From contig OZ024743.1 in the NCBI GenBank assembly GCA_964016885.1, positions 110,360,001 through 110,424,000 on the forward strand: a stretch of DNA of 64,000 nt, in the 5' to 3' direction. The position numbers and the translations under genes were made by a program. Shown here piece by piece: positions 13,408-28,031 of this stretch. The stretch is from Eledone cirrhosa. Lineage: Eukaryota. Position 1 is the stretch's first letter; every line of letters starts with the position of its first letter. The notes below the pieces were generated by a model. The model had not been told where the DNA came from. It was given only the letters and a program-made list of their open reading frames with translations, and did no database searches.

Positions 13408-14396
13408 CATACATATATATAATATATATGTATTTAAAGTTTTTATTTAGAAAATTTCAATTGTTATCAGTAGAGCTCCAACTATCTTAACTAATACTTC
13501 TCAGGGAAATATGTATAACGGAGTTTTAAATATATATATATATATTTAATATCCACTTCCGGATATTAAACAGTTGAAAATTCTCGCAGTAGAACAACTC
13601 TAATCCATAAATATGAATACAATAACACCAAGTTACAATCTATTACTATAACAAACATTCAATGCAAATATAACTTAACATATGTAATGGATGTGAAATC
13701 TGTAACTTTCATATTCTACACACATACAAATTTGAACTATACAGAAAATATCATCGCATTCCATCCACCATAATACACTAACATATCCGCTTAAAGTGCT
13801 TGTATTTTATGTAATACCTTGCCATACATTACTCATATATGCATGATACATTTGCTTGTTCCATTCCTTTATATATGACTAACGCATGTACTATCTATTT
13901 AATTCAATTATTAGACTATTTTCTTGTATTATCTATCGCATGTATTCCACCCTATGCTTTTAATTTTAATTTTAATTTTAATTTTAATTTTAATTTTTAA
14001 TTTTAATTTTAATCTTAATTTGAATTATTGTACTATTCTCGTATATTATATGTCGCATCCATTCCACCCTGTAAACATGAAACTGTTGTCCACAACATCA
14101 ATATATATCCATCTGTATGATTATTCAGTTAAATAGGAGGTTAATTATATGTACAAACATTGATAATTCTCCGAGGACGCCAAGCTTAAGTTTGGAATAA
14201 ACAATTGATTGTCAGCGATTAAATGCTGTAAACATAACTTTGATACTTGTGTATTCTATATTACTGCTCTGTAAAACAACTGATGTTCTTACATTGAGCT
14301 ATTTCTCTTACTGGTAATAAGGTAGTATTAAATTACAGACCTTTCCTGTTTATAGTTGTTTATAGTATAGTAAATACATAACTATAAATAGTATAT

Positions 14397-14427
<31 letters not shown>

Positions 14428-14797
14428 AACTGGCGTAAACACAGATTTCAACCGTTAAGTAATGTTTTAAATTAATTCTCTGCGAGCAATGCATATGTAA
14501 GATTCATAATATCTGTCTAATGTGAATAAAAATGCTTGCCAATTTAAAGAAGTAACACACTTATCATCATCATCATCTTCCTCATCATCTTCCTCAGCAT
14601 CATCAATATCATCATCTCATCATACTAACTATGTATATACTTAATTTGTATTAATACAACGTGCAAGTTTTTGCTATTGCCATAACCATGATTTGAATAT
14701 AATTGTTGCGGTATCAAATAAGTACTACTACTACTACTCCCAACCCCTAACACCCACCATCTCCACCACCACCACCACTATTTCTGCTGCTGCTCTG

Positions 14798-14855
<58 letters not shown>

Positions 14856-14915
14856 CACTTCCTACACCTCATCCTCTACAACTGCTTTACTACTGCTAAA
14901 TATTGATATATATAT

Positions 14916-14950
<35 letters not shown>

Positions 14951-15469
14951 AAAGAGAGAAATAGAAAAAGGGGGTAGAGAGTCAGATAAACTTATACTTC
15001 CAGTATGTGCGTGAGATGCCACACATAGCAACATTCTCGTTTTCTTTCATTTCCAATTGTCGTATGTTATGCTATTTCGTTCTTCCTTGTATCTAGTCTT
15101 TTGTAATTTTCCATCACTATTTCATTCATTGCTTTCTTCATTTATTATACATTCTCCACTCCAGTCTATCTTTAACTGCTCTATTTCATTCCTCTATTTA
15201 TATTTCTTCATTTATTTGATCTTTTTCTTCATGCTTTTGCAATATAAGCAGTAGTTTTCTTTGCGGAGACGATGTATTGATGAAATATGGATTTCCTCCT
15301 TATCATACACCAGTGATTTTCCCATCCACTTATTTCATACTTGAAGAATTTAGCTTCATTTTCACACATGATTAATCACATATCTGCTAACATAAGCCTT
15401 TGACATATGCACTGGGACTCCTCGGAATGCATTCCTCTATCCCAAAACTATCCATTTATTTGGATGCTA

Positions 15470-15563
15470 TATATTATTATGATTATTATGATTATTATTA
15501 TTATCGTTGTTGTTGTTGTTGTTGTTGTTGTTATGCTTATCATCATCATCATCATCATCATCA

Positions 15564-15603
<40 letters not shown>
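15470..15603. repeat. Compound trinucleotide microsatellite (TAT/TGT/CAT/TAT)
   Basis: Consecutive in-phase triplet runs. Confidence 0.95.
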
Positions 15604-15904
15604 GGACACTAAGAACTTCCTGAAACTAAGCGATCATCTTTGCTTTCTAGTTTTCTGCCTTTTTTCCCAACGATTTCATTTCCAAGAATCAATTTAATGC
15701 ATTGTTCCGCGTAAGAGTTAGAAAGGGAACGATAGACATATTGAATATAGAATAGGTGGAGCGACTAAGAGAAAATACACCTAGATTAAAAGATTATATT
15801 GTAATCAATAACACGCTAGGTTTGCAGTGTAATATAAACATTATAACATTATGATTTCTTATAAATAGCGGGGCTGCAAAGTATGTATGACCACTATGAG
15901 TTTT

Positions 15905-15976
<72 letters not shown>

Positions 15977-16071
15977 AAGTATGTATGACCACGATGAGAT
16001 ATATATTATACATATATATATGTGTTTGTGTGTGTGTATGTTCATACAATAATAACAATAATAATAATAAT

Positions 16072-16102
16072 AATTGTTTCTACGTTTGGCACAAGGCCAG
16101 CA
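16072..16102 (-). mobile_element. SINE 3'-end fragment
   Basis: aattgtttctacgtttggcacaaggccagca embedded in (AAT)n. Confidence 0.65.
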
Positions 16103-16122
16103 ATAATAATAATAATAATGAT

Positions 16123-16914
16123 GATTTCTTTATTGGCCACAAGGGCTGACATCAAGAAAATAATTACAGACGGCACAGGACGGTACAGGACTGTACGAGG
16201 TGGGTTTTGTTCGTGTAAAAATTGTTCTTATTTATATGAGAAAAGAAAAAAGAAAAAGACATAGAAACATATATATAAATAAACAATAACAATGAAAATT
16301 GAAACAATGAAACATTCCCCAATTAGGGAGAAACCTCCGAGGGTTACACTTGGCGAAAACCACACAAAAGACCACGGCCATCCTGACCACCAGGGCAAGC
16401 GCCCTCTCTCAATTTTTCCATTTCTCAAACTACAGGCGTATATTCAGAGCGGACCATTCTCGCTACATTTACCCACCTTTCAACAAACTTGCTAGAAGAC
16501 AGCACTTGCCTCTCCACCCTGATTTTCCTCTTCAAGTGAAACTTCAAAAATTTAATTAGGGATTTGCCGAAGAAGAAAGTGTCTGTCTTTAACCCCTTCA
16601 ACCTTGTCCACCATACAATCTCTTTCGCCATGGCCACCAGACAGATGAAAACCGCCTGCCCTTTCTCCTCGAAGGAACGGCGAGACCATCTGCACAATGG
16701 ACTCAGTCGATAACCGGATCAGTCCTATGCACGACAGCAAGTGCTCCACAAGTCAGCAATGCTCCGGCACTGAACGAGTGTGTGCACGACGGTTTCGTTG
16801 CTTGGCGGGCATCTCGGACAAGCTCGGCTTACGGCACTTCCGTGCCTGTAGAGCTTATCTCGAAACGTTGCTGCCCGTTGGGTGTCCAGGTCAAGTCTCG
16901 CGGTGGGTCCCGGC
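16123..16914 (-). mobile_element. L1/Tx1-clade LINE, 5'-truncated 3' end
   Basis: RDKLYRHG..CPRC..ETVVH zinc motif and KEIVWWTRLKG..FHLKRKIRVER, homologous to 44100-44570; AATAAA then (TTA)n tail. Confidence 0.88.
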
Positions 16915-17830
16915 ATATTAGAATGATAGGGCGCAGTCAGTTTCAGGGTCAGTAAGGTTCTCCCAACCACCCTCACACAGATATCACGTCTGCTGCCGGT
17001 GACACTCGAAATTCCGCATTTGCGTGGAATTGGTGCAATATAATCACCAACGTTAAGTGCTGCTGAAAATGAGAATTTCACTGGGTGCCGGTTGAGCTGT
17101 GTTTAGTATTTATGGGTAGTTGTGAAAGAACTCATCCAGTGCCTTGAAGAATATCCCGGGTAAGTTGGTCCGTATTTACTTAAAGTAAGGCGCTTTGAAC
17201 CATGTTATATTCCTCGATCTAATTCTAGGGCATCCTCTATACATAGGTGGTATAGATATGTTGTCATGCTGTGTGCTGCTACGGTATTCGTCATGGTTGT
17301 TTACACTCCTATGTTGAATATTGCAAGGTCTATCAGTCCTGTAGGAGTTATCGTGGTTATTGTCTATACTAGAGCGTGGAGTAGTTAAGACATGATATTT
17401 ATTCCTATTCCTATTCACTGTGCTACTATAGTTGCAGGTGCACGGTTCGGCTGTTCCTACGTTGTATGTACGCATACTGTCTCTCTTCCCTGTTTGTCCT
17501 TATGTGTTGATTGTGTCGTGTTCCTGTCTTTAATATTCTTATTTCCTGTATGTTACTGATGTGAACATTGTTTCACTTGTTATGCGGCCTATCATTCCTT
17601 CGTGTTGTATTATATTTATCTGTCATTTTGGTATTCCTATCACTAGTATTGTCCCGGAGCCTGTCACTGCGTGTTCGTCCGTGGTTAGTATGTCAGTTGT
17701 TGCATGTATTTCTACTCGCGTCCCTAGGAGTCCTGCGGCTAGGTCTGTCCGTATAAGGGATGCATTTAATGCCTTCTACATAAACAGCCCTAGCCTGTGC
17801 CTCATTATAATATTAACTCCCTTAACTACG
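16915..17830 (-). mobile_element. Degenerate PLE (Naiad-type) linker-region fragment
   Basis: RSRNITWFKAPYFK..TNLPGIFFKALDEFF corresponds to RRVTWYNAPFN..NIAKKFFYILEKNF of the 572-aa ORF. Confidence 0.6.
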
Positions 17831-18030
17831 CTCCCAGAACCTACTAGCGTATATATATATAGTAGTTAAGGGAGTTTCAAACAGAGTGTCTAAATATATA
17901 TATATGTATGTGTGTGTGTGTGTGTGACTATGTGTGTTTGTATGTGTGTGTTGTGTGTGTGTGTGTGAGTGTATTTCTTTTATACTCGTAGAAATATTAT
18001 ATATAATTATATATATATATACATATGCAT

Positions 18031-18063
<33 letters not shown>

Positions 18064-18064
18064 G

Positions 18065-18157
<93 letters not shown>

Positions 18158-18850
18158 ATACGTTATATGTATTTAATTTTTTCCGTATAAAGGAAAAATG
18201 TATATATACATATATCCTATATTATATTTAGAGATTAAACTCATAGTCGTTTACAATTAATCAGCTCAAAGAAAGAGGCATTTCGGAGCAGTGAAATACA
18301 AGTTATATATTAATATATATGATAAACACAAAACGTGTTTGTATTGTAAGAGACAAAGTTAGCTAGCATGAAATAAACTAATTAAAGTGAATACAATGTG
18401 TCTGTCTCGATATAAGTCAATAAAGACAAGCTTATATTGGCAAAAGCCAATCTCTAAATATAATATAGTATATTGCTCCTTAACTGTAGAGCTGATCTTT
18501 AATCCCGTATAAACGGCTGTTATTTCTAGCACCGGGAATACGGGATGGCTAGTATAGCTGGCTACACCACGTGTAATCAGACCTGCAACATTTTTGAAGG
18601 TGGAATGTACTCATTTTACTGGATTCCTGTTGATAAGCACAGAAGATTTGGATATTTCACTTTTTATTTCAATTCCATTTCGATTCTCGTTATTTTTCAA
18701 TTCATGTACCATCGTTGCGAAACATATTTGGGTTTTGAAGTTCAAATTCATCTACGGAGCGGGTTTGGATTTTGAAATTTAAATTTGTCCAGGAATCACG
18801 GTTTTTGCCAATATAAGCTTTGTGTTTATCATATATATTAATATATAACT

Positions 18851-18889
<39 letters not shown>

Positions 18890-18930
18890 AGAGAAAACAA
18901 AGAGCGATTATAACATCAATCAATTTCATT

Positions 18931-18977
18931 CGCTGACAGTGTTTCATCCATGCCATGGGGCAGGACTCATCAGAGCG
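18931..18977 (-). ncRNA. Compact type-I hammerhead ribozyme
   Basis: Minus strand: cgct CTGATGA gtcc-tgccccatggca-tggat GAAAC act GTC agcg; complete core, 4-bp stem I, GUC cleavage triplet. Confidence 0.8.
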
Positions 18978-20179
18978 TTGAAAAAAAAATACAATAATGA
19001 AGATAAGCTCTACCGACCTATATCATAAGAACAATAGATATATGGTATAGGATCATAGGATAATGGTGAGAATGGAGATGATACATAATAGGGTTGTTAG
19101 TAAGGAAAATTAAGGAAAAATAAAATAAACTGAAGTAATCACACAAGAGACAGATGCATGTGAAGGAATCAGTCAAGGTGATAAAGAAAAAAAGAAAAAG
19201 AAAAAAGAAAGAATACTCAAAAATAATTAAAAAATAAATAAAGAAAAAATTAGAATAACATAATAAAAAAGTAAAAAAACAATAATAAAAAATAAAAAAA
19301 TAATAGTAATTAATTAAACATAATTAAAAAAAAAATAAATAAATAAATAAAAAAAATAGTAAAATAATAAAAAAAATATAATAATAAATAAATAAAAAAG
19401 TAATTAAAAGATAATAATTAAAAAAATTAAAAAGATATTAAAAAAATATACATATTAAAAAATATATATATCTTAAAAAATATATATTAAAAAAATATAA
19501 AAAAATAATTTTTTCTACTATTGGCACAAAAAAGAAATAATATTTAAAAATAATTCAAAATAATTAAAAAAATTAGAAAATAAAAAAAATATATATTTAA
19601 CAAAATGATTAACAAGAGAGAGGGGAAGGCGTAGATGCACACAAAGGCAAGGAGAGGGAGCATGCATTGGTTACAGTCGAATGGATATAGGCCAGATGAT
19701 TTCCCATGACAAAGAGTCTTATGTCCTATAGTTTCACAGGGTGAGCCGCAGTGCACTCAAATATTACAGTTGTCAAAGTAGGGATATCCAGCAGATAAAT
19801 CACAATAGGACTAGGCATCAACCGGGGTGCCATAGAAAAGTGCCATGTAGCTCTTAAAGTATGGTAATAAGATTCAGAGAGGATTTGATATTCTCAAAAT
19901 TAAGCATGGTTAGGGTAACCATAAGGTAGTGGAGCTGTGCGGATAAGAGGTGTTAGTATTGCATAAGGATGGGTACAGCACAGGCAGAAACGGGAACACA
20001 GGCAAAGCAGAGTAAGTGTATAGAAGAAGCTGAAGCAGACAATTCACAACGAAAAGTTCATAACAGACAGTTCATACATGGTTTAAACAATGTTTGAAGC
20101 ATATCCGACAAGGGGAACAACAAACATATATATCGTCAGTAGATGGTAACTCACGAAATGTCACAACATATATAGACAC

Positions 20180-20253
<74 letters not shown>

Positions 20254-20537
20254 GTCCTTCATAGATGGTATACCAGTCCTGTTCATACATCCGCATTTAC
20301 ATCTCATAACGTATGGTACTATATGTTATGAGCCGGTGTTCAAATCGAAATTCTCATATAAGTAGTGCTCCAGTTTGCGGTATTATAGAATTCACAATCA
20401 CCCACAGTAATGCACATCTAATTCCGTGTTCCGAGGGTATTATTGTCGGAGCATTGCATGAACACACGTTATAGCAGTAGCCTGTTGACTATTCACATGA
20501 AGCACGTTGTTAGACAAACAAACTTAAAATATAATAT

Positions 20538-20708
20538 AATTGTTTCTACTTTTTGGCACAAGGCCAGCAAATACTCAGTACATTACTGGTACTTTATTTT
20601 ATCGACCCCCGTAAGGATGAGAGGCAAAGTTAACCTCGGTGGAATATGAATTCACATCATAAAGGGACATAACTATATCTAGAAAGCATGGTGTCTAACC
20701 CTCTACTT
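20538..20708 (-). mobile_element. SINE
   Basis: Same family core as the copy at 3724-3896. Confidence 0.8.
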
Positions 20709-20979
20709 TTAATATAATATAATATAATATAATATAATATAATATAATATAACATGAGCTATAACAAGACATATACAAGTGTACAGACCGATTCAGTAAT
20801 TCTGCCCAGCGCAACTGTGAGTCAATAAACTCATACATGTGTTCATTAATTAAACAAGACAGCGACCATATGGTGTAGCTCCGCAAAAAATAAACAATGA
20901 CGATGAACACATACGCACCAAATGATGACGTAAAGGGCACACATAGTGGATATCTCCCTGTTACTCACTATTAAATACG

Positions 20980-21190
20980 TTAAGGCGAAGGAAGGGAGAC
21001 TACTCTACCACTTCATCTATGAATTCAAAAATTCAAAAAACTCAAAAATTCAGACCGTAGAAAAAATAATAATAAACTCCTACACCGTATATATTAGCTG
21101 TATTTCTAAGGCAAAGGAAGGGACGCTATACTACCACTTCATCTATGAGATCAACAATCCAATATCATAATCCTACACCGTGTATATTAT
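20980..21190. repeat. Imperfect tandem duplication, period about 127 bp
   Basis: taaggc.aaggaaggga..ctaccacttcatctatga..tcctacaccgt occurs twice. Confidence 0.7.
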
Positions 21191-21785
21191 CCAGAGTAAC
21201 AATAACATTCGTGCATATGCAAATAAATATTATGGGACCTATGTAAGGTCACCAAACCAGTCAAACTGATAATACGAAAGCCATTAAATCGTTATTAACC
21301 TAGAGTAAATTTATATGACTATAATCAACTGTATTAAATTTATTATGGGGTATGATATAAACATAATTTTTAGCCTGTAGGTTTAACGGCAGAGAAACGG
21401 TATCCTAATATATAAGTATAGGTAGGTGGTCTATTCCCGCGGTTGGAGACATAGTCTTTGCCGAATGGGGGAGTGGGAAGTATACGCAAGGCATCTGCAA
21501 GAAGGGTCATGACATGGGGCTAGATACTTTCATAGGAATTATTTTGGATCAAGCCCGATGGGGCAGGTAAATTCATTACCTCGCCCATACAATACCTTCC
21601 ATTATCCAGGAGATACACCCATTGGGATGCAATAGTATTCATCAGTGAACAAATACTCGACTAATTGAAGTTAGAATTCCCTCCATACAAGGGGAGCATA
21701 GATGGTTTGAAGGATTAAGGGGTCAAAGAGTTGAAGGAGTACTACGGAGTTATAAGGGAGGAATGAGTGATACAAAGCCTATCTA

Positions 21786-22550
21786 GTTAACTGGCTTAAA
21801 GTAGTAGAAGGAACTAAGGATCATGTGTGGACAAGAAGAAAATATTTCAGATTTCTATTGAGTAGGTTGCATCTAGAGTATATTATGGCATGGGACTCTA
21901 GAAGGAACAGGTTACATGTTCTGCTCGGTGGGCTATATCGTGTAGATTTAGTCACCAATCTCCAATTAAGGGTATAAGTAATACCAGCATTTTTTTAATT
22001 CTGAGACATACCCGGCCAAAGAGGTGGTATGCTTGAGCCTTTCATAACTAAATGTGTAATTATGGGAGTTGTATCTTGTCTTAAAGGATGTGGAGGTTAA
22101 GCCAATGTGAGTTTTGGTAGAGGTAGCCGTTATAACATCGCATGCATAAACTATATTCCTCATGAGGCAGTTGCCCTTCAGAGGGCAACTATCACTCCGT
22201 CTACAATTACAGTTGCGGTTTGTACTGTTCAACATGCGTCGGGTGGACTGGTTGGTTGTACTATCCCGACATTATATTTGTAGATCTGTTGTGTCGTTAC
22301 CAGCGTCAGGGACCTCATTTCCCAATGGCTTAGGTTGTTGCTGGTTATTTAAAGAGTTGATGGTCTCAAACCCTACCCTAATTTTCCTATTATTAGTGCC
22401 TGCTAAGTGGGAAGCTAAGTTAGGGGTGGTGGAATATGATAGTTTAATCCTATTTTAGTTAATAATACCATGATACCTACTGCCTGGCGGGAAATTCATT
22501 TCCAAGATAGAGACGAAGGTTCGGGTAAGGTTGGTTACGATTTCAGAGTT
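21786..22550 (-). mobile_element. PLE (Naiad-type) GIY-YIG region, 5'-truncated, distinct family
   Basis: CNCRRSDSCPLKGNCLMRNIVYAC..HIGLTSTSFKTRYNSH..TTSLAGY; starts next to a TA tract. Confidence 0.85.
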
Positions 22551-22677
22551 ATATATATATATATACAGAGAGGGAGAGGAAGAGGGGGTGGAGGTGGCGA
22601 AAGAGAGAGACTTAAACATATAACCTTTTTTATTGTAGATTAACCATTTATGTAGCTCATTTTAACTAAAGGGTATA

Positions 22678-22771
22678 TATGTAAGTTTAACAATTCAAAC
22701 CTAATTTATAAGCTAGCCAGACATTATGTAAGTTTAACAATTCAAACCTAATTTATAAGCTAGCCAGACAT
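22678..22771. repeat. Perfect 47-bp tandem duplication
   Basis: tatgtaagtttaacaattcaaacctaatttataagctagccagacat x2. Confidence 0.9.
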
Positions 22772-23338
22772 TATGAAGCCCTTGATGGTAATGATCAATT
22801 ATGCAGAATCTTGGATAATCATAATGTGAGGATTACTACAGAAATGCACGATAGGCCTTAAATGGTAATAACAAATAGCCTTACAATTAGTTCGAAGTAC
22901 TAACTCATATTGTTTATATACACAGACAATCTTCAGCTAAACACTAGTTGTTGATGAGATGTGTAGCTCTATTGAATTTATGCAAACACATTAAATTGTC
23001 CTGAGTTGTTTCACCTGAAACATATATGTAATATTTCCCGCAAGTTACCTTAAATTCATTCAGATATTTACTTTATTATACAACTCACCAGTAATTCATC
23101 AATTAACATTTAATACTCTCTTGTCAACATTACTTAAAACATTTGATGAGGTAAAGAAAAGAAACCGGAAACATCTAAGCCGTCTCTTAATATTATTTCA
23201 GAATGGTTATGTTGAATTCAGCAAAGGATCTCGAGTTGACAAAGACATATAGATGTTTCGAATGATTATACACATTCGCGCGCTGCTCAAATGTTTAGCA
23301 AGTGAACAATATATTCACCACAACCACACACGCAAACA

Positions 23339-23427
<89 letters not shown>

Positions 23428-23428
<1 letters not shown>

Positions 23429-23627
23429 ACGAAGGAAATGTGGTAAGGAACCAGATGGACCATAACGCACCAAAGTACTCAATACTTAAGGTAGTAGAGT
23501 GGGTAATAGGAACAAGTATGACCTCGACGGCAGAGCTGAAGCCGTTTCGACGGCTAATTCTGGACTCAAGAGTCCAGAATTAGCCGTCGAAACGGCTTGA
23601 GCTCTGCCGTTGCGGTCATACTTGTTT
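23428..23627 (-). mobile_element. Second copy of the ~200 bp palindromic half-hammerhead element
   Basis: Reverse-orientation homologue of 7854-8060; palindrome at 23511-23626; flanked by (TA)n. Confidence 0.8.
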
Positions 23628-24706
23628 ATATATATATATATATGGGAGTTAGTTTCTATACAAAACAGTGGTTATAGAGAAAAGGTGAAATTGGAAATAG
23701 CACGGAAAATATAATTAAGGATCTCTTTTTTATTTTTTTTTATTTTTCCTTTCTTTGACTCGTCAAAGTGACATTATTGAAAACATGAGAGGGACAATTA
23801 TTTAAGAAAAAAAAGTTTTACATTGTATATCAAATATATAAATTATAACCGGTTTCCATATATTAGTGAAATCCATCTAATCAAATGTTGAGTATTAAAG
23901 ATAATTAACAAGAATTAAAAATTAAAAATTAAAATTTGAATTTAATTTGAGGCAAGTTTGTTCATCGTTCTTGTTGTGAAAAAGACTGGGAAAATGGAAT
24001 ATAGTGAGAGAGGTAGTCGTACCAGTAGCAGCAGTAGCATTGAGGGTATTGTGTTTTTTTTTACACAGCACCAAATTGTTTTAGGGCGAGGGAGATATTC
24101 TGTAAATATGTGTGCATCTCAATTGTCCTAATGGACTGGTCAAGAGTTCAGATGGGGCTGGAGAAGAGAAGGAATGCATACTAGAGACAAATTATATGGA
24201 TGTGGGAGATAAATGGGATTGGCAATGTAGGATTGTAAAATAAATTATATTTTGAATTATGGTTTTAGAGAGTATGAGTGTATATTTAAAATACAAACAT
24301 GTGTGCGTACGTTTGCGTGTTTGCGTGTGAATGTGTGTGTGCGTCTGTGTGTGGAAGTGTGGTGCATGTGCATCTGTGTTTTAGTTTGCCTGTCACCACT
24401 CCCTTTGTGGTAGAAAATAAAAAAAAACAGAGCAAATAATCAGTGGGGGCTTTCAATCATGAATTTTTGGTAAATATCTGTAAGAGCAATTTCTTTCATA
24501 TTTCATGTGGTGTGTTTGTGCGTGAGGGAGAGGGAGAGAATCTAATTAATTCTTGGTTTAAATCTGTTAATACATAGTTTTTTTATTTTTATTCTTTGTT
24601 GTTAAAGTCCATTTTTTCTCCTTTCTCTCGCATTGTACGGGCATAAAACAAACAAAACTTATATGTCATATACTACATCTCACTATCATGGGTATTAACT
24701 GCACTA

Positions 24707-24786
<80 letters not shown>

Positions 24787-25144
24787 AGTCTATCTCTCTC
24801 TATTTCTCTCTCTCCCTATATATTGAGATATAGGGGATTAAATAAATACATAGTTACTTTCAGGATATAACCTATCATGTATATCACTTATATTACTTCC
24901 AACATAACACGAAATTCGTATATTTTAAGAGAATGAACACAAGTTCATAGTCAATGTTTTACTAATGCCTCACTAAATCCTAAGATTTTATCAGGGAATA
25001 TTACGAGATATAACCAAAGACGTTCAATCTGTTATTTTCTAATGGCAATCATTTAAAAAAGAAAACCAACCGCTTACATTCTCACACCAGATAGTAAAAA
25101 TTGCCTACATAGATCCTTGTTGATATTATTTTTAGTTCATATTT

Positions 25145-25287
25145 GACGCATAGAGTTACGGCCCTTGCCATTCTGAGTTCAAATCACGCCGAGGTTAACT
25201 TTGCCTTTCATCCTTACGGGGTCGATAAAATAAAGTACCAGTAATGTACTGCTTAATTGGTGGCCTTGTGCCAAAATTAGAAACAAA
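25145..25287 (+). mobile_element. SINE, 5'-truncated, with 18-bp TSD
   Basis: SINE core; TSD tatttttagttcatattt at 25127-25144 and 25288-25305. Confidence 0.9.
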
Positions 25288-25354
25288 TATTTTTAGTTCA
25301 TATTTATGATCGAATAATACATATTCACCACATCAGTCACTATTTCTATGAATA

Positions 25355-25414
<60 letters not shown>

Positions 25415-27940
25415 ATACATATATATATATACACACATTTATATACACACATTTATATACACGCATTTATTTATATATATACATACACACACACATATAT
25501 ATTAATGGAGAATCATGAAATATATTTGATGTCGACATCAAAACACCATACCACGTAAACCTATTATATATTATAAATTATACATAAGGCTTATATATAT
25601 GGCGCAATTTATGTATTTATATGTATATCATTGTCTGCATGCGCATAAAAGCTTTATATGAGACCTTTGGTACACACAATTCATATCATATGATAGATAT
25701 AATACTTATTGTATAGTGATTGCATGCAGCTAATATGTCTAATTTGTTTATTCGTCTAGTCTATTTATTTATTCATGCTAAGAAAAACTTCAGTTCAATG
25801 AAAATTAAGAACGAGTCCAAAACCTTACATTGGCAATTCATTTGATTGAAAGGTAAATTAATACTGAGGTATTAATTTCACTACGGGTAAGTATTGAAGT
25901 AGTGTTTAAGAAGTGTTTCTAACGGCAATCTTTGCTTAGATTAGTTTTGTCTACAAAGAGATAAATATGATCCTAATAATATAGCTAATATAATAATATG
26001 TACATAATAATGATAACAAATATAGATGTATTAAGAGAGTAACATTCGATGCATTACATTTGTTACGGTTAAAATGGATTGCAGTAATGGAAAGTAATAG
26101 CATATATTTATAATATAGCAATATATATTATAAATTATATATAAGGAACATGTATACACTTGAAAACGTCATGTGATGTTTTCAATCACCTACTATTTTT
26201 TCTTAATATACAGTTTGTAACTGCGAGAATAGTACCTGCTTTGTCCGCATGTTTAACTGACATATTAGTAGTTGCCTTACATATATATGTAAGTCATCGA
26301 CCAGTTCTTCCCTTGATTATATATAGTTAACTTTTATGAGGACCTGAAATTGCATTATTTAACTTGAAATATTCGCATCTTTGAAAATATTCAATGAACT
26401 AAATTTTGTTTAGACAAAATAGGTTTTTTTAACGAGACTGAGTTAAATGTTTAAAATATTTCATATTATTTTATTTCTGAGCTTACACACACACACACAA
26501 AAACACATACACACACACACCTACACACAAACACCCACACACTCAAACATAGACCTCTCTCTTTCACTTTCTCACTCTTCATACACAAAAACACATACTG
26601 GCGCACACATACTCACACACACTCTCGCACTAGGAAATAACATTACATTAGAAACACCTTTAGTTTCGTTTTACAATTTACAACAAGTTTACGGAGCAAA
26701 ATAATGAGATGACGCAGGGTACTTATATTTTGTTCGGAGTTTCCACAAAAGAACGAATCTAGACGAGATATGAATCTTCGTGTACAATACGCTAATTCAT
26801 ATTTTTTTTATAGAATTCAAACTTTATAACATGAGAGATAATAAAAAAAGAAATAGCTTTACTGTGCAAGCATTGGTGTTTACCTCTCGTACAAACATAT
26901 CATTCTAGAAGCTACATGTTGACTTAGCAGCGATTTGGCGTAAAATCCCATCATTACTAAATGTCAGCATACATGCACACTTGCACATACATACACGTTC
27001 ACATGTACACACATATATGAGCATGTTTATACACTACCTCTTCCATACATATCGCACTACTAATGCTGCGTTAACTATTCCAATATCTGCAAATGCTATG
27101 AGTTAGGAATAAAAACAGTAGTGCTTTAGATGAAGCCATAGTAAATTCTCAATATCTGCACTTACTGAATATTAAGAAGGCTAGAAAGCAAACATCTCGC
27201 GCACTCTTATTTGCATCCTATTGCACAAATAAAATCAAGTCTAACATAATGAAACGTGTACAAGTATCCTCTCCAATGGAATAAAATGTGCAAAAGCTTC
27301 TATGTTTCCAAGTGATTGTTGAAAATATCAATATGTATCTGCTGACGTGTAATATCAACGGAAATATGAAAGGAATACCACGATAGATTGGTTTAAAGTG
27401 TTGTCAAAAATTCTTGAGATATTTCTGTTATGCGAGAGGAAGTATTGAAAAGGGATCTCGCTGCAGGATGTACTTATAGAATTATGAGAACAGAATTCCA
27501 GAATGGAACGCCTTATTTTAGATTGTTAATTTTATATATGAATTTTGTATAGTTGATCCAAGGAAAATTTTGATAAATTATATTACAATTATTTTGAGTT
27601 GAATTGATTCACATTGTGTGCTCGGCGAACAAATATAGCTAGAATTAAAATGAGAAATGTGGTAGAAATACTTGATATATGGAGGCCAACTGTCATATAT
27701 GTTCATCATGAATAAATAATAGAAGTAAACTGCGGGAGTTCATGACGAGAGAAAGCGTATCTAAACTAATGATCCGTAATAATCATATATTTGAAACGAC
27801 TTAAGTTTGTAGAAGACACAAAATAACGAAAGGGGCCACATCTACTTTCCTTTTATTTATTTGTGTTACGCAAGTATTGTAAATGTATTCCAGGATTAAT
27901 GTAACGTAATTGATGATGACAATAATAATAATAATAATAA

Positions 27941-28004
27941 TCGTTTCTACTTTAGGCACAAGGCCAGCAATTACTCAGTGCATTACTGGTACTTTATTTT
28001 ATCG
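27941..28004 (-). mobile_element. SINE, 5'-truncated
   Basis: gtttctactttaggcacaaggccagc..ggtactttattttatcg between (AAT)n tracts. Confidence 0.8.
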
Positions 28005-28031
28005 AATAATAATAATAATAATAATAATAAT

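Noticed and set aside
14169-14216. Hammerhead-like CCGAGGA..TAAAC..GTC
   Set aside because: Both core boxes are mutated; plausible relic but not supportable.
20072-20144. Minus-strand CTGACGA..TAAAC CATG TA
   Set aside because: The GAAA box is mutated and stem I is unconvincing.
23143-23186. TTGATGA ggt..acc GGAAAC
   Set aside because: No matching stem I or stem III.
25165-25195. tRNA gene suggested by a B-box-like GAGTTCAAAT
   Set aside because: Part of a truncated SINE head; no cloverleaf.
26750-27900. Non-repetitive segment that may be an old LINE remnant
   Set aside because: No motif could be read with confidence.
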